A stretch of 64,000 bases of DNA, taken from the NCBI GenBank assembly GCA_964640185.1, contig CAZXGF010000010.1:162-64161 (forward strand), given 5' to 3'. Both the position numbers and the translations under genes were made by a program. Each line of letters opens with the position of its first letter. Position 1 is the first letter of the stretch. Source of the stretch: an uncultured Verrucomicrobiota bacterium. Its GTDB lineage: Bacteria; Auribacterota; JABMQX01. A model generated the notes under the pieces. It searched no databases, was not told the origin of the DNA, and saw only the letters and a list, made by a program, of their open reading frames with translations. Shown here piece by piece: positions 56,856 to 64,000 of this stretch.

Positions 56856-57331
56856 AGTTTTTTCGTCAGCTTCTGGATCGGCCCCACACGCTTGACGCTT
56901 TCGATCACTTTCTGCAGAATCTGCGCGAACCTTCCACCTTCGGCGGCAGAGACCCATGAAAATTGAACTCGCTCCGCCTCAATTCCGACGTACTCCAGCC
57001 AGTTTTTGAGAAGGGCGAACTTTCTTCTGGCGACCAGGTTGCCGCTGATGTAATGGCAATCTCCCGGGTGGCATCCGGATACCAGGACGCCATCAATCCC
57101 TTGCCGCAGGGCGCTGAGAATGAAAAGTGGATTGATCCTGCCCGAACAGGGGACACGTATGACACGGACGTTCGGCGGATACTGGATTCGGCTCACTCCC
57201 GCCAGGTCGGCGCCCGCGTACGAGCACCAGTTGCACAGAAACGCCACAATCCGAGGTTGCCACTCCTCCGCAGGTGTTTCCTCTTGCTTTTTGGTTGTCT
57301 CTTGTTTCTCAGCAGTCTTCATTTTCGTCAC
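56852..57331 (-). CDS. mvhD: methyl-viologen-reducing hydrogenase delta subunit MvhD/FlxD
   Basis: IVAFLCNWCSYAGADLAG...VIRVPCSGRINPLFILSALRQGIDGVLVSGCHPGDCHY. Confidence 0.85.
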   Translation of the reverse strand: MTKMKTAEKQETTKKQEETPAEEWQPRIVAFLCNWCSYAGADLAGVSRIQYPPNVRVIRVPCSGRINPLFILSALRQGIDGVLVSGCHPGDCHYISGNLVARRKFALLKNWLEYVGIEAERVQFSWVSAAEGGRFAQILQKVIESVKRVGPIQKLTKKL

Positions 57332-60300
57332 AATTCTGCAATCGCTGCCAGTATCTGCTCATCGGCGAAGCCTTTCAGGTCAATGGCGTTCGACCGGCAC
57401 GAAGCCGCGCATGCTCCACAGCCCTTGCACAGCGCCTCGTTCACGACAGCCACTTGTTTTTCGGCGTCCAGTTCGATAGCCTGGTAGGCACACACCTCCA
57501 CGCACACGCCGCAGCCCTGGCACCTTTCCTCAAGAACTCGAGAGACTTTCCCTTCGGCTTCGATCTCGGTCTTGGCCAAGATGGTGCCGGCTCTGCCCGC
57601 CGCGGCGCGAGCCTGAGAGATAGTCTCGGGAATGTCCTTCGGATAGTGAGCCAGCCCGCAGACGAACACACCGTCGGTGGCGAAATCCACGGGCCGCAGT
57701 TTCACGTGGGCTTCGAGGAAGAATCCATCGGCGTCCAGCGGCACCTTCAGCAATTGCGATAACCAGGGATTGTCCGGATTGGCGACGACGCCTTCGCTGA
57801 GTACCACCAAGTCCGGATGGAAGGAGAGAACGCGACTCAGGATTCTGTCCTTCACTTGAACTTGGAGTTTCTGGGCGTTTCTGCCGACGGTGGGCTTGGC
57901 ATCCTCCTCGTAGCGTATGAACACGACACCCTTCTCACGAGCCTTCTGGTAGTAATCTTCCTTCAGACCGTACGTGCGCACATCCCTGTACAGGACGTAA
58001 ACCGCCAGGTCGGGATTGATTTCCTTGAGTTTCAAGGCGTTCTTCACGGCGGTACCGCAGCAGACGCGGCTGCAATAGGGATGAGATTCATCGCGGGAGC
58101 CGACGCACTGAATCATCACCACCGATTTCATTTCGCTAAAGCAGGAGTCGGAGCCATCACCATTCTTCAGGAACATCTGTTCGAGTTCCACCTGGGTCAT
58201 CACGCGGGAGTCCTCGCCGTAGAGGTATTCTTGCGGCTCGTAGGGTAACCCGCCGGTCGCGACGATAACTACGCCGTGCTCGATAGGCTCAGCGACACCC
58301 TCAAGGGCAGTTTTGAAGTTCCCAACGTAGCCCGCTATCTCCTTGATTCTGGCGCCGGCATGGACGGCGATCCTGTCGTTTGCGGTCACCTTCTCTATCA
58401 AGGATTCCAGGAAAGGACCAGTTTCCAATCCGTCGAGCGTGTAGCGAACTTTCCTCAGGTTGCCGCCCAGCTCGTTTTCCTTTTCGACGATAGTCACCGG
58501 GAAGCCCTGCGCGGCTAAGTCGAGAGCGGCAGTCATACCCGCTAATCCGCCCCCAATAACGAGGGCGGATTGCACGACGGGCAAGCTCATCTTATGGAGC
58601 GGCTCAAGCCGAGCAACCTTGGCCACCGCCATGCGCATCAAGTCCTTGGCTTTTTCCGTAGCTGCTTCCGGTTGCTTCTGGTGGACCCAGGAGCACTGCT
58701 CTCTTATGTTGGCAAATTCGAACAAATAGGGATTCAACCCGGATTCCCTGAGAGTGCTCTGGAACAGAGGCTCGTGGGTTCGGGGCGTGCAGGCACACAC
58801 GACCACACGATTCAACTCTTTTTCTTTGATAGCCTCTCCAATGACCTTCTGGGAATCCTGCGAGCAGGCGAAAAGGAGATGATCGGCGTGGACAACGTGG
58901 GGCAATGACCGACCATATTCCGAGACGCTCTCCACATCCACTGTGCTGGCGATGTTGATGCCGCAGTGACAGACGAACACGCCGATGCGGGGCGGCTCGC
59001 CCCGGATGTCCCGTTCGGGTGGAAATTCCTTCTTGATTATTCTGACTTCCTGACCAGCCACCGTGGCCGCGGCAGCGGACGCCGCCGCGCTCGCCTGCAT
59101 GACCGACTCCGGAATGTCCTTCGGCCCGGCAAGGCTTCCACAGACGAAAACGCCCGGTCTGTCGGTATCCACGGGGGCGAACATGTCGCTGGCGATGAAC
59201 CCGTCGTCGTTGAGGTTGACGCCCAGTCTCCTGGCGAGCTCCTTGTGGGCTGGCGAGGTCACCAACCCCACGGACAGAACCACAAGCTCGAACGATTCCT
59301 CGAGCAGACGTCCATCATCGCTACTGTGACGAATGATGAGGTTCTCGGTTTTGGGGTCCACTTCCACGGAGGAGATGCGACCGTGGATGAAGCGGGTGTG
59401 GTGCTGGTCCCTGGCACGATCAATGAAGTTGTCGAAGTGTTTCCCATAGGCGCGGATGTCCATACTGAAAATGGCCACGTCCACATCGGAGGAGTGCTCT
59501 TTGGTAATGATGGCGTCCTTGGCTGCCTGCATACAGCAGATGGCGGAACAGTATCTATTGCCGAGCTGCATGTCCCGCGAGCCGACGCATTGTAAGAAGG
59601 CGATGCTCTCCGGTTCCTTCCCGTCCGAAGGACGACGAACCTGGCCTGCGGTGGGACCGGAAGCGCTGAGAATCCGCTCGTACTCGATACTGGTCATCAC
59701 GTTGGGAAACGTTTTGTAGCCGTACTCATCCTTGAGAGTGGCGTCGAATTCCGCCGAGCCCGCCGCCAGGACGATAGCTCCGACATCCAGGTCGAGCAGT
59801 TGCTCCTTCTGCTCGAAATCCACGGCATTTAGCTCACAAAACTTCTCGCAGACGCGGCATTTCCCCCTCTGGAGGTAGATGCAGCTTTCCTTGTCAATGA
59901 CGGGGATGGCGGGGACCGCCTGCGGGAAAGCAATATGAATGCACTTGGTTTTAGTGAGGCCTTTGTTGTATTCGTCAGGGATTCTTACCGGACACTTGGT
60001 CATGCACACGCCGCAGCCGGTGCATTTCTCCTCATTCACATAGCGGGGCCTTTTGAGGACCCTGACGCGGAAGTTGGGCGCCTTCCCCTCTACGCTCTGG
60101 ACATCGGCGTTGGTAACGATGGTGATATAGGGATGGCTTGCCGCCTCGACCAGTTTCGGAGAGAGAATGCACATGGCACAGTCATTGGTGGGGAAGGTCT
60201 TGTCCAACTGGGCCATTCTCCCCCCGATGCTGGGTCCCTTTTCCACCAGCCACGTCTGGACGTTCATCTCCGCCAGGTCAAGCGCCGCTTGAATCCCGGC

Positions 60301-60336
60301 AATCCCCCCGCCAATAACGAGCGCACTTTTCTTCAT
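57328..60336 (-). CDS. hdrA: heterodisulfide reductase subunit A (long, tandem HdrA modules)
   Basis: ALVIGGGIAGIQAALDLAE...GGRMAQLDKTFPTNDCAMC at the N-terminus, repeated as ALVIGGGLAGMTAALDLA mid-protein; multiple Cx2Cx2Cx3C clusters. Confidence 0.85.
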   Translation of the reverse strand: MKKSALVIGGGIAGIQAALDLAEMNVQTWLVEKGPSIGGRMAQLDKTFPTNDCAMCILSPKLVEAASHPYITIVTNADVQSVEGKAPNFRVRVLKRPRYVNEEKCTGCGVCMTKCPVRIPDEYNKGLTKTKCIHIAFPQAVPAIPVIDKESCIYLQRGKCRVCEKFCELNAVDFEQKEQLLDLDVGAIVLAAGSAEFDATLKDEYGYKTFPNVMTSIEYERILSASGPTAGQVRRPSDGKEPESIAFLQCVGSRDMQLGNRYCSAICCMQAAKDAIITKEHSSDVDVAIFSMDIRAYGKHFDNFIDRARDQHHTRFIHGRISSVEVDPKTENLIIRHSSDDGRLLEESFELVVLSVGLVTSPAHKELARRLGVNLNDDGFIASDMFAPVDTDRPGVFVCGSLAGPKDIPESVMQASAAASAAAATVAGQEVRIIKKEFPPERDIRGEPPRIGVFVCHCGINIASTVDVESVSEYGRSLPHVVHADHLLFACSQDSQKVIGEAIKEKELNRVVVCACTPRTHEPLFQSTLRESGLNPYLFEFANIREQCSWVHQKQPEAATEKAKDLMRMAVAKVARLEPLHKMSLPVVQSALVIGGGLAGMTAALDLAAQGFPVTIVEKENELGGNLRKVRYTLDGLETGPFLESLIEKVTANDRIAVHAGARIKEIAGYVGNFKTALEGVAEPIEHGVVIVATGGLPYEPQEYLYGEDSRVMTQVELEQMFLKNGDGSDSCFSEMKSVVMIQCVGSRDESHPYCSRVCCGTAVKNALKLKEINPDLAVYVLYRDVRTYGLKEDYYQKAREKGVVFIRYEEDAKPTVGRNAQKLQVQVKDRILSRVLSFHPDLVVLSEGVVANPDNPWLSQLLKVPLDADGFFLEAHVKLRPVDFATDGVFVCGLAHYPKDIPETISQARAAAGRAGTILAKTEIEAEGKVSRVLEERCQGCGVCVEVCAYQAIELDAEKQVAVVNEALCKGCGACAASCRSNAIDLKGFADEQILAAIAEL

Positions 60337-61469
60337 CTCTGCTCACCAAGCGTGCGTTTCGCCCTTTTCTTCTTGCGCAGGGCAAACGACACAATTTTGG
60401 CCATCATCTGTGTCTTATGAAGACGTGATTGATCTTTGCCCCGGGGCGACCATTCCCGGATGTACTTCTCCTGCCTGGCTCCGTTGTAGATTTTCTCGCC
60501 GACACCTGTGCGGACGATGGTGGTGGTGTATCCGTCGGGCGAGCCCAGCCCACCGCAAGATATGTCGGCGTAATCGCAGGCGAAGTCGGAACAGGCGAAG
60601 CAAGCCGGCCTCGCAACATCATCCACCGCCTCGAAAGGAACGTGGACAACCTCGCCGTTCTCCTGCGTGACGATGACGTTATCTTTGATGTTAAGTTTTC
60701 GGATGCTCTTCAGCCTCACGCCGATATTCCTCTCCAGCTTTTTTCGAGCCTTTTCGTCGAAGGAGAAGTTTTCCATGCAGAACAAACCTATCGTCAGGGC
60801 TATGGTGTCGGAAGGAACGACCCTCAATAGCTGCATCTTGCGAAAGGTATAGATCTGACAGGGTGTCCCCACCAGAGCGATCCGGTCGAAGTTTTGCTCT
60901 CCGAGACGTTTTATGTCCCGGATGGAGGGGACGAAGCTGGTGTATTGCTTGCCGATTTCGTCGAGATGGAAGGTTTCCTCGAAATGGGAACCCGCGGCTT
61001 CGAGGAGATCCTCCGGCTTGGTGGCCACCATCGGCTGACGGGCAAAGGGGCCGACTCTCCTGGAAACGATTGCCCCCTGAATCAGCTTCTTCTCGAGGGC
61101 GTATGTCAGGAGGGAGGTGACGACACCGCCGTCGGTGCAAACGTCCATGATTTTCGGGGAAGTCGTCCTGGCGGAAACGAGCTTGCGGTAAGGCCCGATG
61201 GGGGCCTTCCATCCCATCTTCTCATCGAGCTCGTTGTTGAGGGCCTTTATCTGCGGGCAAATGAGGTAGCAGATGCCGCACTTGACGCACTTTTCCTCGT
61301 CCGCGAACCGTGGAGAGCCGTCCTCGCCTGTCTCGAGGGCGTCGAACTCACCCGCGGAGCAGAAGGAGACACATCCTCCGCATCTGCCGCAGATACCTCT
61401 ATCCTGAACCTCCACGATCAGGTCGCGGAAGGTCTTCACTTCGTCAAGTGTTGGAGTGCTTTTTCCCAT
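60333..61469 (-). CDS. coenzyme F420 hydrogenase/dehydrogenase beta-subunit family protein (FrhB/FdhB-like)
   Basis: N-terminal 2x4Fe-4S (CGRCGGCVSFC, CVKCGICYLICP) + FrhB core (ALVGTPCQIYTFRK...GLFCMENFS). Confidence 0.7.
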   Translation of the reverse strand: MGKSTPTLDEVKTFRDLIVEVQDRGICGRCGGCVSFCSAGEFDALETGEDGSPRFADEEKCVKCGICYLICPQIKALNNELDEKMGWKAPIGPYRKLVSARTTSPKIMDVCTDGGVVTSLLTYALEKKLIQGAIVSRRVGPFARQPMVATKPEDLLEAAGSHFEETFHLDEIGKQYTSFVPSIRDIKRLGEQNFDRIALVGTPCQIYTFRKMQLLRVVPSDTIALTIGLFCMENFSFDEKARKKLERNIGVRLKSIRKLNIKDNVIVTQENGEVVHVPFEAVDDVARPACFACSDFACDYADISCGGLGSPDGYTTTIVRTGVGEKIYNGARQEKYIREWSPRGKDQSRLHKTQMMAKIVSFALRKKKRAKRTLGEQR

Positions 61470-61944
61470 AGTCGTCTATCTTCTTTTTGAGTTCGTTGAG
61501 GATCTCTTTTCTGCCATCGAAGCTGTGCGTGACGAGGTCGTGGCGAAGCATTTGGGAGAACCGTTCCACCTCATCCATTCTGTCCAGGATATCCGGCGGG
61601 GCGTGCTTACCCTTGATCGCCAGATACCTCAGCGCCCGCATCACGTCGGTAAAGTTGACTTTCTGCGGGCATCGGGCGTAGCAACGGTAACAGATCATGC
61701 AGAACCAGATCAGGGGCGAGCCGAGAACCTCCTCCCTCATGCCGAAGAGAATCTGCCGGATGATTTTTCGGGGATTGTATTCCTCGTCTATATCGGTCAC
61801 CGGACAGCCAGCGGCGCAGGTGCCGCAGGCGAAACATCTCCTGACATGCTGGCCGCCCGGCTGCGAAGCCACCTCATCGCAGAAAGTGGGATCAAGTTCC
61901 TCAACGACGATGGTCTTTTCGCTCGTTTCTTTTTCAGACTCCAT
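61444..61944 (-). CDS. heterodisulfide reductase subunit C-like 4Fe-4S protein
   Basis: CFACGTCAAGCP and CMICYRCYARCP. Confidence 0.65.
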   Translation of the reverse strand: MESEKETSEKTIVVEELDPTFCDEVASQPGGQHVRRCFACGTCAAGCPVTDIDEEYNPRKIIRQILFGMREEVLGSPLIWFCMICYRCYARCPQKVNFTDVMRALRYLAIKGKHAPPDILDRMDEVERFSQMLRHDLVTHSFDGRKEILNELKKKIDDYGKKHSNT

Positions 61945-61960
61945 GTTTTCACCTCTTGCT

Positions 61961-62551
61961 TTATATCCGACGCAAATCGCTTAGCTGGTCTTGGGCGTTG
62001 GCGCCTCGGTGAGTGTCGTCACTCGCCGCCCGGAGAATCATTTCTACTGCCCTTGAAACGGCGTCCTGGACGGGCGGTGACAAACCCGGAGCAACTTTCC
62101 CCGGAATAGTCTGCACCTGGCAGGCGAGCAACTCCACATCCAACCGGCACAATTCCTTCAGCTCGTAAAGCAGGTTGGACGTCGGAACCTGATGCATGGA
62201 GAAGTCGTCCAGTTTTTTCAAGGGCACCGATTTCAGCGATGGCCGAAACAGGACTCCTGGCTTTAACCCCTTGTCAATGGCGTCCACAATGATGATTCTC
62301 CGGGGTCTCGTCTTGCTGAGAGTTATATCGAAAAGGATTTCCCTGACCGAAGTGCCTGCATCAATGACACATAATCCCTCGGGCAGGTCCGCCTTCGCCA
62401 GCAAGCTTTGAGCGACGGCTGGCCCAAAGCCGTCATCTCCGAATAGAATGTTCCCGCACCCCAGCACCAGAATCGGACTGGAGCAATACTCCGGGATAAA
62501 ATCGCTTATCACTTCACTCTCCGCATTTGCCTGCGCGCCTTTGCGCCTCAC
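61961..62551 (-). CDS. [NiFe] hydrogenase maturation endopeptidase (HycI/HoxW family)
   Basis: ILVLGCGNILFGDDGFGPAVAQSL...IIIVDAID. Confidence 0.8.
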   Translation of the reverse strand: MRRKGAQANAESEVISDFIPEYCSSPILVLGCGNILFGDDGFGPAVAQSLLAKADLPEGLCVIDAGTSVREILFDITLSKTRPRRIIIVDAIDKGLKPGVLFRPSLKSVPLKKLDDFSMHQVPTSNLLYELKELCRLDVELLACQVQTIPGKVAPGLSPPVQDAVSRAVEMILRAASDDTHRGANAQDQLSDLRRI

Positions 62552-62594
62552 CGTTCCACATCTTTAACATTCTTCACCGCAGACGGGCAGAGCA

Positions 62595-64000
62595 TCAGTT
62601 CTCAAGTTTCGCCAGCACGTTTCCGGATGCGTCCACGATATCCATCTTCACCGAGAGTGTCTCGTCGAAGGCATGCGTCGCACAGGAGAGGCATGGATCG
62701 TACGCGCGGATGGCCATCTCCACGCGGTTCAGAATGCCCTGATCGTATTTTCCGTCTTTGATCAGAGACATTGCCGCCTGCTTGACGGACATATTGATCG
62801 GCGCGTTGTTATGCGTTGTGCCGACGATGAGGTTGCAATTGGTAACCAGACCGTTCTCGTCGGTTTCATAATCGTGGATCAAGGTTCCTCTTGGAGCCTC
62901 GACGCAGCCGACTCCCCTCGCGGCGCGGGGCGTCACCGGTACCCTTGTCTCCTTGCTTGTGATTTCCGGATCGTTCAGCAGCTCCACCGCACGCTCAGCG
63001 GCATAGACCAGCTCGATAAGCCGCGCCCAATTGTAGAGCAAGGTCTGCTGAGCGGGCCGCCCGAACTTCTCTCGAAACTCCTCCAGCTCGGCCTGAGCGA
63101 GCGGTGTCGCAATCTTCTCGCAGACGTTGATGCGAGCCAGCGCGTTGGTGCGATAAATGCCGCTGGGCGAATCCAGGTCCATGGAGAAATCGCCCCACTT
63201 CTTCGCGTAGGGGAACTTCAGGTACGACCACGGCTCGATATGCTCGCCGATGTACTCCGTGTAGTCCTTGGGCTCGAACTCCTCATAGCTGCCGTCGGGC
63301 TTCATCAACCTGAGTTTCCCGTCATAGATCTCCAGACTGCCGTCATCGGCCACCAGGCCCAAAAAGCCGGTTTCGATGACCCCGAGGCTATTGATGGCAT
63401 CGAGGTACTTGGAGAACAGGTTCTCCTTGGCGAAAGAGATGGCGAACTTCGCAAACTCCAGTACCTCGATCGCCATGGGCAGGACTTTCTGCCGCTCTTC
63501 CTCAAGAAGAGGCTTGCTGAAACCTCCCGGCACGGCGGTCACCGGATGAATGGACTTGCCGGAGATGATGTTGAGCATCTGAGTGCCGAGGTATCGGGCG
63601 TGGACGACCTTTTTGCCCACTTCGGGGTTCGCCTGCAAAATGCCGAACACGTTGCGAACGGAGTAGTCGGCATCCGGGCCCATCACGAAGTCGGGCCCCG
63701 CCAGGAAGAAGAAGTGGAGAATTTTGTCCGAGCAGTAAGCGATGTTCTGGCAAAGCTCTCGCAGCTTTCTGCCGGCAGGCGGTATTTCCACTCCAAACAC
63801 CGCATCGTTGGCCTTTGCGGAAGCGAGGTGGTGGTGCCAGGGGCATACCCCGCAGATGCTGGTGACAATTCGCGGCATTTCTTCCACCGGCCGGCCGATG
63901 ACAAACTGCTCGAAACCTCGCAGTTCGACGACGTTCACGAAGGTATCGGCGACGTTGCCGGAATCATCGAGGTAAATCGTGACCTTGGCGTGTCCCTCTA
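62595..64000 (-). CDS. mvhA: [NiFe] hydrogenase large subunit, Mvh/group-3c-like; 5' end beyond window
   Basis: N-terminal metal site RIVTSICGVCPWHH and C-terminal DPCLSCATHA. Upstream in-frame EGHAKVTIYLDDSGNVADTF matches the MvhA N-terminus, so the ORF runs off the window. Confidence 0.85.
   Translation of the reverse strand, partial: EGHAKVTIYLDDSGNVADTFVNVVELRGFEQFVIGRPVEEMPRIVTSICGVCPWHHHLASAKANDAVFGVEIPPAGRKLRELCQNIAYCSDKILHFFFLAGPDFVMGPDADYSVRNVFGILQANPEVGKKVVHARYLGTQMLNIISGKSIHPVTAVPGGFSKPLLEEERQKVLPMAIEVLEFAKFAISFAKENLFSKYLDAINSLGVIETGFLGLVADDGSLEIYDGKLRLMKPDGSYEEFEPKDYTEYIGEHIEPWSYLKFPYAKKWGDFSMDLDSPSGIYRTNALARINVCEKIATPLAQAELEEFREKFGRPAQQTLLYNWARLIELVYAAERAVELLNDPEITSKETRVPVTPRAARGVGCVEAPRGTLIHDYETDENGLVTNCNLIVGTTHNNAPINMSVKQAAMSLIKDGKYDQGILNRVEMAIRAYDPCLSCATHAFDETLSVKMDIVDASGNVLAKLEN

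Noticed and set aside
62595-63938. Treating GTG 63938 as the hydrogenase large-subunit start
   Set aside because: The in-frame upstream sequence to the window edge encodes the conserved EGHAKVT N-terminal block, so the gene is 5'-partial.

Overview
This is a high-GC (~60-65%) bacterial chromosomal segment. Its gene content looks like a PVC-superphylum or candidate-phylum polysaccharide degrader, but that taxonomic guess is tentative and rests only on protein motifs. The content falls into six blocks. (1) 1-16 kb holds a gamma-glutamyltranspeptidase, an FG-GAP/ASPIC (CRTAC1-like) protein, two LivK-like binding proteins, and large secreted beta-propeller proteins with multiple c-type heme motifs. 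One of these (3290-6346) is riddled with stop-free heptanucleotide (GCAATCC/CGGATTT) tandem arrays. (2) 16.2-22.6 kb is an accessory patch carrying a ybjQ-like gene, a DUF262 (ParB-like nuclease, 'DGQQR') protein, an ICMT-family methyltransferase, a lipoprotein and an orphan HicB. It is punctuated by three diverged copies of the same terminator/RBS/ybjQ-5' module. (3) 23.7-45.6 kb is a glycan-utilisation set: GH51 arabinofuranosidase, GH5-like/DUF4038 with a separate DUF5060 gene, a BNR propeller, GH78 rhamnosidase, PL1 pectate lyase, nucleoside hydrolases and ThuA. Two more heme/beta-propeller paralogs sit within it. (4) tRNA-Arg(CCT) at 45734-45808 is followed by a frameshifted, truncated tyrosine-integrase remnant and an AT-richer islet with a HicB-HicA pair. 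A response regulator gene and a 1084-aa SF1 (Upf1-like) helicase fused to a single-HKD phospholipase-D nuclease (type II Mokosh-like defence candidate) lie just downstream. (5) 54-64 kb encodes a Mvh-type [NiFe] hydrogenase (large subunit, partial) with HycI protease, HdrC-like, FrhB-like, a long HdrA, MvhD and a Flx/Asr-like Fe-S flavoprotein module. (6) Several dispersed non-coding repeat families are present. There are three copies of a ~260-nt element with conserved hairpins and compensatory changes, one split by a 112-bp insertion with CTTAG duplication. A CATGGGCAAGATGCCCATG hairpin occurs four times. A ~80-nt module and a GCGCCTTTGCGTTAA motif recur upstream of plus-strand genes. Protein calls come from recognisable motifs in the six-frame translations; no database search was possible.
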